Shown in pieces: positions 18,643 to 28,043 of a stretch of DNA of 64,000 nt; the first letter of the stretch is position 1, and the number at the start of each line of letters is the position of its first letter. The notes beneath the pieces are model-generated. The model did not search any database and was not told where the DNA came from. It worked only from the letters and a program-made list of their open reading frames with translations. The stretch comes from Promethearchaeia archaeon. GTDB taxonomy: Archaea > Asgardarchaeota > Lokiarchaeia > Sigyniarchaeales > SOKP01. The DNA lies in the NCBI GenBank assembly GCA_046483985.1, contig JAWOCD010000056.1:16711-80710 (forward strand), given 5' to 3'. The position numbers were made by a program, and so were the translations under genes.

Positions 18643-18846
18643 TTATTATAGCTCCTTTAATTTTAATTTATTAATAATTATATTTATTGTTAAAAACTTA
18701 TAATACATTTATTCTAAATTCAATTTAAAATTTTTTAGTTCGGGATGATTTGACCCCCCAGAAATGTGAGTCTCAGAAATTTTATAGAAAGAAAAAGTAA
18801 TGTATAAGAAAAGACATATAAAGACATATTTTAAGAAATTGAGATC

Positions 18847-19134
18847 TTACTTCAAAATGATTAGGATTAAGTTCTCCTCAAGGGCAACCATAATTTCGCC
18901 TTTTGAGGTTTCCAAGCGAATAAATTGTAACCCTCCTTCTTTTAAGGCTTTAACTACTTGTTTAGACTTCCCGATTAGGGATGTAATATATGCAGACGCT
19001 TCTTCTGTTTTTTCATTTTCCAGATTTGATTTAATTGGAAGACCACTTGAATCACAGATAATTACCCCCCTTATTCCTTCCTTCTGCTCAAAGCGTCTAA
19101 TAATCGCATTAACTTCATTGATATCAATCATCAT
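18847..19134 (-). CDS. Roadblock/LC7 protein, dynein-light-chain-roadblock (DYNLRB)-like
   Basis: 95 aa. Aligns along its whole length with human DYNLRB1 as I remember it. GIRGVIICDSSGLPIKS matches GVQGIIVVNTEGIPIKS, and LQFIRLETSKGEIMVA matches LTFLRIRSKKNEIMVA. The + strand ORF 18800-19150 is its shadow. Confidence 0.8.
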   Translation of the reverse strand: MMIDINEVNAIIRRFEQKEGIRGVIICDSSGLPIKSNLENEKTEEASAYITSLIGKSKQVVKALKEGGLQFIRLETSKGEIMVALEENLILIILK

Positions 19135-19371
19135 TTACACCTATATTTAAGATTTTTAGAAAAGATTCTAAATTACTAATTTATTATAATTATTTTGATA
19201 TATATATTATTGAATTATTACCTTAAAATATTAATGATTAGCTTAGAACTATTTCTCACATTAATAAGAACATAATAGCACTATATCCAGATATTATCAC
19301 CTTTAAAAATACATTTTCACTTACTTTTTAATAATAGAATATTGTGATCATATCCTAAAAATATAACATAG

Positions 19372-20529
19372 TTGAGGAAAATTGTGATTCAGTCTACTAA
19401 TTCCATTGACCCCACCACCGGTAAGGTGCAAAAAGAAGATCTAGGGAAAAATGTACGTTCGTCAGCTAAATCGCTACAAAATTATTGGAAATCAAATGAA
19501 TATAGCACACTTCTGAATAGTAAAGAATTGAAAAAAGCAGCGAAACGCAATATTTGGCAGGTAAAAGTAAAACAAATGCTTCATAGATTTACGGAAAATA
19601 TGGAAGAATTAAATCAGGTGATAAAGTTTAAAATGAGTGGGAAAGTTCTTAACTCCTCAACTTATCTCTTAAAAAATAAGACACATTCAATTATTAACTC
19701 CTCAGAGGAAACCCAAGAAGAAATAGATAAAGCGCAGCAAATTGAAAAGCACCAAGAACTAGAAAATGAAAATGAAATCGATGGACTTAATAATGAACAG
19801 AGGAGATATGAGAATGAAGGTATTGGGAGAGAAGATGAAATGCCTCTCAATGCTGAAGAATTTGATGATTCTGAAATTTTTGAAGCATTTGAAGAGCTTA
19901 AAGAGAAAGACTTATTAGATGACGAACAAATTAAAGAGTTCAATGAGGCGAAAGTAGAGCATATCCTTAATTTAGATCCAAAAAAGCTTACCGAAAAAAT
20001 TGAAAATTCTAAAAAATTAATTGATCCACCTCCGAAATTTATTTATAAAAAGGTGCAATTTCATGACCTTGCTAATGCATTAAGTGAAGTGCTGAATGAG
20101 CCAAAAGAAAAGAAAAGCAAAAAAGCAAAAAAGAAAGAAAAGAATATTGATAAAGCAAAGGTTCCGTTTCTTCCAGATAATTTTATCTCTAAAGCAGAGA
20201 ACAAACGGCAAAATTTTGAAGCGCAAATAGATGATCTTTATCGGCATTTAAAGCGACAGTTTACAGGAGAGCCAATCGGATTTTTGCAGTTGATAAAGGA
20301 GACGAACCAAGAGATAAACGTAAAAGCAATTGTTGACACATTGCTCATCGTGTTGCATCTCATAAATCATCAAAAAGTAGAATTATGGAAGTCATATATC
20401 AAGGAGAACAACGAGCTCAAAGAACGGACCTCAGAAGATAACGGCTCTAACATCTATTTGAGCCCTCAATCTCAAAAAACCCAAGAAACTGAAAAAAAGA
20501 GAGATGGAAATGGTTCCTGTAAGAACTAA
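19372..20529 (+). CDS. Possible kleisin, ScpA-like (segregation and condensation protein A family) with long acidic insert
   Basis: 385 aa. The C-terminal AIVDTLLIVLHLINHQKVELWK...NIYL resembles the ScpA winged-helix end (VVTFLAILELMKHQLIELEQ...DIYI). The N-terminal region weakly resembles the ScpA N-helix. TTG start. Confidence 0.45.
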   Translation: MRKIVIQSTNSIDPTTGKVQKEDLGKNVRSSAKSLQNYWKSNEYSTLLNSKELKKAAKRNIWQVKVKQMLHRFTENMEELNQVIKFKMSGKVLNSSTYLLKNKTHSIINSSEETQEEIDKAQQIEKHQELENENEIDGLNNEQRRYENEGIGREDEMPLNAEEFDDSEIFEAFEELKEKDLLDDEQIKEFNEAKVEHILNLDPKKLTEKIENSKKLIDPPPKFIYKKVQFHDLANALSEVLNEPKEKKSKKAKKKEKNIDKAKVPFLPDNFISKAENKRQNFEAQIDDLYRHLKRQFTGEPIGFLQLIKETNQEINVKAIVDTLLIVLHLINHQKVELWKSYIKENNELKERTSEDNGSNIYLSPQSQKTQETEKKRDGNGSCKN

Positions 20530-21158
20530 AGAAAGTAGTTGCGATAAAAATTATATTCTTTTTCGAACCCCAATGTTGTTTTTCCCATATGTCCAGGGAG
20601 AAGAATCGTATCATTTGAGAAGATCGAGTTATGGACGATTTTATCTCGAATACTTGAAAAGAGCTGCTTTTTATTGCCCCCCTCAAAATCAGTCCTTCCG
20701 ATGCTGCGGCGAAAAAGAAGATCCCCCGTGAATACAATCGCATCCGTTGATTCTCCCTTATATTGATGGACATCAGTCATGTAATAACTGAGACTTCCAG
20801 GGGTATGCCCTGGCGTTTCTAAAACATGAAAAGTATATTCCCCCGCTTTAATCTTATCTCCCTCTTTTAACCACCTGTCCGCTTTTATTACATTGTATAT
20901 TCCAGAGTCAAATTCCTTTCTATTATACATTAAAGGAATCTCGTAATGGTCCCTTATTGTCTTAACCGCAGAAGTATGATCGTTATGGGCATGAGTTAGT
21001 AAGATGGCAATTGGTTTCGCATTCAAATCTTCGACTTGCTTTTTTATTCTATCTTGATTTGCCCCGGGATCGATGATCACTAAATCAGAAGTTTTCTCAG
21101 AACCAAACAAATAACAATTAGTTCCTAGAGCGCCGACAACAAGTTTTTTTAGAATCAT
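20526..21158 (-). CDS. MBL-fold metallo-hydrolase (glyoxalase II-like)
   Basis: 210 aa. Has the HxHxDH motif LLTHAHNDHTSA, a downstream TPGHTPGS, and a GD.LF...GR.D pattern. Confidence 0.85.
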   Translation of the reverse strand: MILKKLVVGALGTNCYLFGSEKTSDLVIIDPGANQDRIKKQVEDLNAKPIAILLTHAHNDHTSAVKTIRDHYEIPLMYNRKEFDSGIYNVIKADRWLKEGDKIKAGEYTFHVLETPGHTPGSLSYYMTDVHQYKGESTDAIVFTGDLLFRRSIGRTDFEGGNKKQLFSSIRDKIVHNSIFSNDTILLPGHMGKTTLGFEKEYNFYRNYFL

Positions 21159-21580
21159 TTCATGCAGATTTATAATTTTAGTTAAAGATCGAATAAGATC
21201 CTAAATGATTGAAAGAATTAAAAAAATTCGAAAAAAAATATCGGCATTGAGTTTTCGAATCGCTCAAGCAAAAACTCTTTACTAGTGCGAAAAATTTTTA
21301 CCGTGAAATTTCAATAAAATTTTCTTTCATTTATCAAGGAAATATGGTGGCATCGTACGTCTTTTATATTCCAAAGCCTTAACAATTTCAATTCAAATAA
21401 AATCCATCTTCAAATTTATTACCAATGGGAAAAGCTTACGAAGAAGAATAAAAAGAACTTAAACGAGCTATCCTTGATGCAAAGAGGAATAAACAAATAA
21501 ATGATAATTTAGATACTCTGATTACAAAATATGTGAAAAAAGTAAAATTAATTTTTTATGCGACTTTTTCTTAATTACCG

Positions 21581-22321
21581 TTGAGGTTAAATAAGCGGTA
21601 TTTTGAATATTCAAAAGGAAAAGTGCCCTTTATTTTATCTTGTCCGCATGGAGGATATAAAAAACCGAATCATATACCCGATAAATTAAATGGATTTAAA
21701 GTCCCAGATGAGAACACTTATCTTATTGCTAAACATATAGTACAGAGGTTACAAGAAAAAAATATTCAACCTTATTATATATTATGCAAGATTCACCGAT
21801 GTAAAGTCGATTTAAATCGACCCACACGGTTTCAATCTGCTTTCAATCAAGATTGTGAAAGAGCCAAGGAAATGCATGAATATTATCACAACAAGTTGAA
21901 TGAATATGCAAGTGAATGCATAGAAAAATATGGATATTGTCTGGTTATTGATATTCATGGATTTACAAAGCCCATGGATAAATATCCCGATATTATTTTT
22001 GGGCATGTCTTTAGCAACACCTTAAATGTGATCCGAGATATGGAAAAGGAAGACTGCAACAAATATTGGGGGTGTCGGGATTTAACATTAGAATTAAAAA
22101 AACACTTTTCTTTAGATAATGGGTTAGAAATAACCGATTTTAATTTATCCTATTCTGGGGGATATATTACCTATCAATTCTATCAGCGGGAAAATGTGAG
22201 TGCAATTCAATTGGAAATTGCTAAATATATCCGCCAAAAGGTTGAATTAACAAACACATTTATTGAACGTTTTATAATTGCCATAGAAAAGATTTTAAAT
22301 GACGATGTAGGCAATAAATAA
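21581..22321 (+). CDS. N-formylglutamate amidohydrolase (FGase/HutG) family protein
   Basis: 246 aa. Collinear with HutG blocks recalled from memory. PFILSCPHGG matches PLLISMPHAG, and CKVDLNRP matches FVIDLNRP. YCLVIDIHGF matches YALLWDAHS, and GGYITYQF...AIQLEIA matches GGHITRHY...AVQLELA. TTG start uncertain. Confidence 0.65.
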   Translation: MRLNKRYFEYSKGKVPFILSCPHGGYKKPNHIPDKLNGFKVPDENTYLIAKHIVQRLQEKNIQPYYILCKIHRCKVDLNRPTRFQSAFNQDCERAKEMHEYYHNKLNEYASECIEKYGYCLVIDIHGFTKPMDKYPDIIFGHVFSNTLNVIRDMEKEDCNKYWGCRDLTLELKKHFSLDNGLEITDFNLSYSGGYITYQFYQRENVSAIQLEIAKYIRQKVELTNTFIERFIIAIEKILNDDVGNK

Positions 22322-22426
22322 AGGTAAATTTTATAAAACTTATTTATTAGGGATGACTAATTATAACAACTAATTAAGTTAGTTAGAGCAAATTAGAGTT
22401 CTCTGTTTGTTTTGGTGTGAGTTAAA

Positions 22427-23335
22427 TTGGAAGACGAGGTAATTAAATCGGATATCACCATCTTGGGTCATATCGCAAAAGATATCATAGAAATTGATGG
22501 AGAAGCCCAAGAAGAAATCGGGGGCTCAGTTTATTATGGGGGGATTGCGGGAGCTCATATGGGACTAAAAGTGTTTGTGATCACCCGCTTAAAAAAAGAG
22601 GATTTTGAAATCTTGGAGGATTTCGATAAATACGGGATTAAATATCGGGCATCCCCTTCAAAAGGTACATCAGGGATCAAAAATATCTATAATTCGTCAA
22701 ACCTCGAGGAAAGAGAGTGTTATCCTATTGATTTTGCCGGGAAATTCCTCGAAAATGAGATTCCCAAGAATTTAGAAACCAATTATTTTATAATCGGTCC
22801 CATTTTGGCGGGAGAGGTTGATATTGAGTTAGTGAAATACCTTGGGCAGAACTACAAGAATAAACTTTGCCTTGATATCCAAGGATTCGTGAGAGTACGG
22901 CAAGGAGATAAAATAGTTTTCCAGTCATTACCAGAGGACCAAAAACAAGACATTTTATCGTATATCACCATCCTAAAAACGGATAAAGCAGAAATTGAAG
23001 CGCTGACTGGGAAAAGTAATTTATATGACGCAGCTCAAGAATTAAGTCATTATGGTCCAAATGAAATTTTAATCACCCATAGAAAGGGAATTTCCGTTTA
23101 CACGAATGAACAGCGTTTTTTCTTTCCGTGGAGTTGTGAACCAAAGGGACGAGCAAGAACTGGACGAGGAGATACATCATTCATCAGCTACGTGGGGTCA
23201 CGAATAGAAAAATCACCTAAAGAGGCCTTGAAATTTGCTGCTGTCTTGACCTCTCTTAAGTTGGAAATCCCCGGACCGTTCACGTTACCATTGTATCATG
23301 TTCATGAAAAGATGTCAGAAGTGGAGGGTCAATAA
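22427..23335 (+). CDS. PfkB-family carbohydrate/nucleoside kinase
   Basis: 302 aa. Has the N-terminal GGSVYYGGIAGAHMGLKV (PfkB signature 1 region) and a C-terminal TGRGDTSF that resembles the DTxGAGD signature 2. The stop overlaps the next start by 1 nt. Confidence 0.6.
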   Translation: MEDEVIKSDITILGHIAKDIIEIDGEAQEEIGGSVYYGGIAGAHMGLKVFVITRLKKEDFEILEDFDKYGIKYRASPSKGTSGIKNIYNSSNLEERECYPIDFAGKFLENEIPKNLETNYFIIGPILAGEVDIELVKYLGQNYKNKLCLDIQGFVRVRQGDKIVFQSLPEDQKQDILSYITILKTDKAEIEALTGKSNLYDAAQELSHYGPNEILITHRKGISVYTNEQRFFFPWSCEPKGRARTGRGDTSFISYVGSRIEKSPKEALKFAAVLTSLKLEIPGPFTLPLYHVHEKMSEVEGQ

Positions 23336-24099
23336 TGCGTATAGGCGGATTTATCGATATATCAACTAAAGATATTCCCCATCGTGCCACGATGGTTATA
23401 TTCACGGTCGGTTGTAACTACAAATGCGGATACTGTCATAATAAACACCTTTTAAACCCAGATGCGGGACAAGACTATAGTATTACTCAAATAATCAAAC
23501 GAGTAACCTCTAATCGTTTAGTAAGCGGAGTAAGTGTCACGGGAGGTGAGCCCACACTTCAAAAGGATATAATAGAGGCGTGTAAAGAGCTATCACAGTT
23601 GGATAAATATGTAAGCGTAGATTCAAACGGCTCCCGTCCGGAAGTTCTTAAATCTTTGCTCCCTTATCTTAACAGAGTCGCTTTAGACGTAAAGGGACCT
23701 TATAAAAGCGAAAGTCTTCGTGAGATAACAAATGCGAATATCGATCCCGCCATACTGAAAAAATCTTTCTCTTTAATAAATAGAGAGAAAACGATTGATT
23801 TCGAAATTAGAACAACTTATGAACCCAACTTGCTCCAACAAGAAGATATCCATGAGATATTGGACTTTCTCCAAGATAAAAAATTTAGAGGAAAATTTGT
23901 GTTACAACAATATCAATATAATGAGGGTGTCCAAGAAAAGTTTGAAGATATATACGAAAAGCCACCTCATTATGGATTAGTTAAAATATTAGAGCCTTAT
24001 GCCCGGAAGAACCTAAATTTTGAGATTTACTTGCGGGATGAGGCTGTAGGATATGAGCATATAAATAAATCTATAAATAAATTTGAGGATTTAAATTAA
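23335..24099 (+). CDS. Radical SAM activating enzyme, NrdG2/PflA-like
   Basis: 254 aa. GGFIDISTKDIPHRATMVIFTVGCNYKCGYCHN matches the anaerobic RNR-activase-like family start. It also has the CxxxCxxC cluster motif and GGEPTLQ. Confidence 0.7.
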   Translation: MRIGGFIDISTKDIPHRATMVIFTVGCNYKCGYCHNKHLLNPDAGQDYSITQIIKRVTSNRLVSGVSVTGGEPTLQKDIIEACKELSQLDKYVSVDSNGSRPEVLKSLLPYLNRVALDVKGPYKSESLREITNANIDPAILKKSFSLINREKTIDFEIRTTYEPNLLQQEDIHEILDFLQDKKFRGKFVLQQYQYNEGVQEKFEDIYEKPPHYGLVKILEPYARKNLNFEIYLRDEAVGYEHINKSINKFEDLN

Positions 24100-24101
24100 A
24101 A

Positions 24102-25238
24102 ATGGATGAAAAAGAAGCATTAGAGGAGATTGATAGTTGTGTGGAATGTAAAGAATGCCTTAAAGTGTGCGATACCTATCAACTTACAGAAAATGACCTA
24201 CAATCTCCATATGGGCGATTAAAAATCGCCAAAAAAGTGTTAAATGCCAAAGAAATATCGGAGGATGAACGACTAGGTTTATACAGCTGTACCTTCTGCG
24301 GATTATGTGATTTAGCTTGCACGCAAGAGATCAGAATCACAGAAGTGATTCATCTGGCAAAGGCGAAACTCTCGGAGACGAAGAAAGGGGTGTATGACAT
24401 TCAAAATACAATTATAAACGGAATCTTAGAAAAAGATAATTCCGTGAACGGAGAACCCAAAGAGCGATTGGATTGGTTACCAGAAGAATCTAGGAAAACG
24501 GAGCGTTTTGATGAAAAGGAATCGGATACTCTTTTATTTTTGGGATGCATGTCATCATTTAAAGTAAAAGAAAGTGCAAATACCGCATATCGGTTGTTAA
24601 AACAAGCAGACTATGATTTTAAGATATTAAAAAATGAACCTTGTTGCGGTGAATATATCTACAGTGCCGGTAACATCGAAGAGGCTAAAAAATATTTCGA
24701 AAAAACTTATGGAATTCTTAAAAAAAACCATATTAAAACGATTATTGTTACGTGCGCTGGTTGTTTGTATGCATTTAACAACGTTTATCCCAAATATTTT
24801 GACGATTGGGATATCGAGGTGAGGCATATTGTACAAGTGTTATATGAACTCGAACAGAAAGGGAAGTTAAAATTTAAAGATCTCAACCAGAATATCACGC
24901 TGCATGATGCCTGTCGGATGGGAAGAAAGATCAAGGGAATGGATATATATAAAGAGCCTCGAGAGCTACTGGCTAAAACAAATGCCGTGATTAATGAACT
25001 ATCCCATGTGAAAGAAAACTCTCATTGCTGTGGGGCTGGTTCTGGAGTCAGAGGTATCAATAAAAAGCTTTGCATAAAGATTGGTTCACAAATTTTGGAT
25101 GAAATGAACACAGAAGTTCTTATCTCCTCTTGTCCGTTATGTGTTTTCAATTTTCGATATGTGAATTATAAAACCGAAGACAACAAGAAGTTCCAATATA
25201 TTACCGACTTTCTATTAAGTGCTGTTGAAGATGTCTAA
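24102..25238 (+). CDS. HdrD/GlcF-like Fe-S oxidoreductase with two CCG domains
   Basis: 378 aa. Has two CxxCxxCxxxC ferredoxin motifs (CVECKECLKVC, CTFCGLCDLAC) and two cysteine-rich CCG motifs (EPCCGEY, HCCGAGSG). It starts 3 nt after the preceding gene. Confidence 0.7.
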   Translation: MDEKEALEEIDSCVECKECLKVCDTYQLTENDLQSPYGRLKIAKKVLNAKEISEDERLGLYSCTFCGLCDLACTQEIRITEVIHLAKAKLSETKKGVYDIQNTIINGILEKDNSVNGEPKERLDWLPEESRKTERFDEKESDTLLFLGCMSSFKVKESANTAYRLLKQADYDFKILKNEPCCGEYIYSAGNIEEAKKYFEKTYGILKKNHIKTIIVTCAGCLYAFNNVYPKYFDDWDIEVRHIVQVLYELEQKGKLKFKDLNQNITLHDACRMGRKIKGMDIYKEPRELLAKTNAVINELSHVKENSHCCGAGSGVRGINKKLCIKIGSQILDEMNTEVLISSCPLCVFNFRYVNYKTEDNKKFQYITDFLLSAVEDV

Positions 25239-25281
25239 TTATGGACCCCAAAAATAATTAAAAAACGATAAAAAAAGAAAA

Positions 25282-25296
25282 AAGAAGAATCTTCTT
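25282..25296. terminator. Hairpin between convergent genes (possible bidirectional terminator)
   Basis: aagaag-aat-cttctt flanked by A-runs upstream and T-runs downstream. It lies between the stops at 25238 (+) and 25319 (-). Confidence 0.35.
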
Positions 25297-25318
25297 ATTT
25301 TTTAATTTTTGCTAAATT

Positions 25319-26848
25319 TTATTCGTTATCTTTTAATTCGAGGTACTTTAAAAATGCTCGTACACCATTTTCCATAGCACACCGGATATTTCTGCTTCGC
25401 CAGTCATCTCCAATATCATCACATGGTCTTCGTTCTTTATTAATTATTTCAAGATTATCTCTGTCTGTATGGTAGTAAGCGAGATAATCAGGGTAACGAA
25501 TTCCTTCTATTGAAGTTGCCTTTAATCCTCCTCTTACTAACCCTGCTCCATCCGTACCCCCTGCAATTCCAGGCATTTCGCCCATTTTTATTTCAAATCC
25601 TAATTCCTTACAAGCTTTTGCTAATAAATTATAAACTTCGGGGCTTAAATCAGTTCGTGTGGTGTTTTCACGAGTATATATCCGGATAAATCTGGCAATA
25701 GTTAAAGACTCAAAATTAATACAAGTGGTATCAATTTGATTATATTCCTCTGCATGTCTTTTTGCAAATGCCTCTGATCCCCTCAGTCCCACCTCTTCGC
25801 AGCCCATGATGGCGATAACGACTTCTGTATTGTCTGGAACTAAATCAGAATTTTGCTCTTTCCAATCATCTAAAATTTTTGCAATACACATACAAGGCGC
25901 TACAGCAGTTAAATTATCTACAGCACCCGGAGTTGCTTTCTTACTAACAAAAAAGAAGAGCGTTCCAAAGGATGGAATAGAGAGCATGAATAAAAATTGA
26001 GCGGTTTTTACTAAGGTAGGATTTACAAATATATAATTCCAAAACAAGATATCAATGAGAATGGTATAAGCGGTAATCGCTAGAATTACTATAACGGCCA
26101 AGATATCGAAGTTTTTAAAGGCACCAAAAAAGACTTTTTCACTCTTCCCAATTACAAGGAAAAATACGGCAAATAAAATTGGCACTGCCATAATAAGGAC
26201 ATTTACAATCAAAGTAAGGATTGTTAATTCTCCAAGGATACTGTAAATAAATTGCAGTATATATAATACCAAGAATTCTACAAGAGTGACAATCCCTCCG
26301 ATTAAAAAATATGCATAACCTTGGCGAAGATATTGAATTAAGTTAAACCGGAACGCAGAATCGATATGGCCGCTCGCTACCACTCTTTTCTTAACTTCTC
26401 CCTTGGGTTTAATAACTCCCACCACATTTTGCGACGTTTTCTTTTCATAGGGAAAAATTTTTGGAGTCCATTCCTTATAAGATAAAAATTGTTTGTAGAT
26501 GATCAAGACAATAAATCCTGCAATTGCTAAGCAGATAATTGAGATGATTAATGGATTCAAATCACTGAGTAAAAAAATTAAAAAACTAAGCAGCCAAAAC
26601 CCTAATGAAAGCCGTATCCATCCCAAAAACGCTCTGGGATAAGTTTCAAATTCCTCAATATCTACAGAATCACAACGATCTTCTAATTCATTTGCACATA
26701 ATTTCGCGGCTTCTCTCTCCGAGTCACTTGCCGGTGCACGGGGCCCAACTTCATCGATTATTTTTTTGATTGTATTATACATGTAATCTGAGTTTTCATC
26801 TGAAATTTCGTATTTCTGAGCCGAGTCAGCATTGTTTTCTGTTGACAT
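25319..26848 (-). CDS. M28-family aminopeptidase with a multi-TM membrane insertion
   Basis: 509 aa. The M28 blocks ASGHIDSAF, GCEEVGLRGSEAFA, GGTDGAGL and YHTDRDN are split by long hydrophobic stretches, with several predicted TM helices between residues ~80-300. Confidence 0.65.
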   Translation of the reverse strand: MSTENNADSAQKYEISDENSDYMYNTIKKIIDEVGPRAPASDSEREAAKLCANELEDRCDSVDIEEFETYPRAFLGWIRLSLGFWLLSFLIFLLSDLNPLIISIICLAIAGFIVLIIYKQFLSYKEWTPKIFPYEKKTSQNVVGVIKPKGEVKKRVVASGHIDSAFRFNLIQYLRQGYAYFLIGGIVTLVEFLVLYILQFIYSILGELTILTLIVNVLIMAVPILFAVFFLVIGKSEKVFFGAFKNFDILAVIVILAITAYTILIDILFWNYIFVNPTLVKTAQFLFMLSIPSFGTLFFFVSKKATPGAVDNLTAVAPCMCIAKILDDWKEQNSDLVPDNTEVVIAIMGCEEVGLRGSEAFAKRHAEEYNQIDTTCINFESLTIARFIRIYTRENTTRTDLSPEVYNLLAKACKELGFEIKMGEMPGIAGGTDGAGLVRGGLKATSIEGIRYPDYLAYYHTDRDNLEIINKERRPCDDIGDDWRSRNIRCAMENGVRAFLKYLELKDNE

Positions 26849-26910
26849 AATATTAGTTCAACCTTAGATTATAAAAACTTTGATTATGTTTAAGTTCTTC
26901 ACTTTTAAAT

Positions 26911-27915
26911 CTATCTTGAACCAAATTCTGTTTTATACCATTCTATAGTTTTTTCGATTGCCTCTTCGAACGAAATTTGTGGTACATATCCCCAGTATTC
27001 TCTTTGCTTTATCCGAGTGGAAGAAAAGATCGTATTTTGATAGTTTTAAAGTATACATGGAGATGGTAGGCATTTTTTTTCTTAGAAATATCCTGTAGAA
27101 TAAGTCGATTAATGCCACAAAAGGTGCAGCCAGATTATAGGGAATGCTTACATCCAGGGGGTCCACCTTTAATTCGTTACAAATTGCTTGAATGAATTGT
27201 CTCATAGTAATGTAAGGGGGATCATCATCCGCAATAAGAAAAGTTTCGCCAGGAGCGTCTGGATGTGTTCCCGCTTTTTCCAAGGCGTTGGCTAAATTTT
27301 CTACATAAACATAACAAAGTTTAGACTTTCCTTTATTAATGTAAGGAATATTCTTACCGGAATCGAGTCTTTGGATGATTTCCCGTGCATTCAATAGGTC
27401 ATGGGGTCCAAACGGAAGAAATCCCGGGCGAATGATAACCACCTCCATCTCATCCATATGTTCTTTTAAGAAGTTCTCTGACTTGATTTTTGATTTAATG
27501 TAAGGTCGTGTATACCATCTTGCCTTCTTAATCGCGGTTGTTTCGTCAGCTCCTTCAAAGTCTTGAAATTCATGGACCACCAGGGAACTCATATGAACTA
27601 AGCGCTTAACACCCGCTTTCGACGCTTTAAAAAAAACATTAGTTGTTCCTTTAAAGTTTATATTAAAGATTTGCTGAGACCAAGCATTTGAAGGTTTTGC
27701 CGCCAAATGGTAGACAGTTTGTACTCCCTCCATAGCGGGTTCAAGGGTTTTAGGGTTAGTCACATCCCCATAATATATCTCACAGTTGACCCCTCAAGAA
27801 ACTGCTCATTTGTGCCTTTTAATACCAATGCTCTCACTGAATGACCTACTTCGATAAGCTTTTCAACTAAGTTACTTCCGATGAACCCATTTGCTCCCGT
27901 CACTAAAGTTTTCAT
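26911..27915 (-). pseudogene. NAD-dependent epimerase/dehydratase (extended SDR) interrupted by two homopolymer frameshifts
   Basis: The N-terminal piece is MKTLVTGANGFIGSNL (track ORF 27760-27960) and the body is the track ORF 26933-27763. The expected sequence FLEG-VNCEIYYGDVTNP needs one more G in the run at ~27790. The canonical C-terminus LGYVPQISFEEAIEKTIEWYK lies in another frame after the G-run at ~26990. Confidence 0.7.
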
Positions 27916-28043
27916 AGACATACAAAGAATAATCTGGCGTTTTTTAGTCTTGTTATTCAAAAGAAATCATAACTTAGGTCATAAACTATAAGAAAAAGCT
28001 TTAATAATTACCAAATGGTCTTCCATTCAATGATGTGATTAAT

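Noticed and set aside
18800-19150. 116-aa plus-strand ORF overlapping the Roadblock gene
   Set aside because: It is the antisense shadow of the 95-aa DYNLRB-like ORF, which has a full-length family match. The plus-strand product is low-complexity with no motif.
21426-21573. Plus-strand reading MGKAYEEE-stop-KELKRAILDAKRNKQINDNLDTLITKYVKK... as a recoded or interrupted gene
   Set aside because: It is very short and interrupted by an in-frame TAA after 8 codons. It has no motif. The Lys/Asn-rich sequence is what AT-rich spacer DNA yields by chance.
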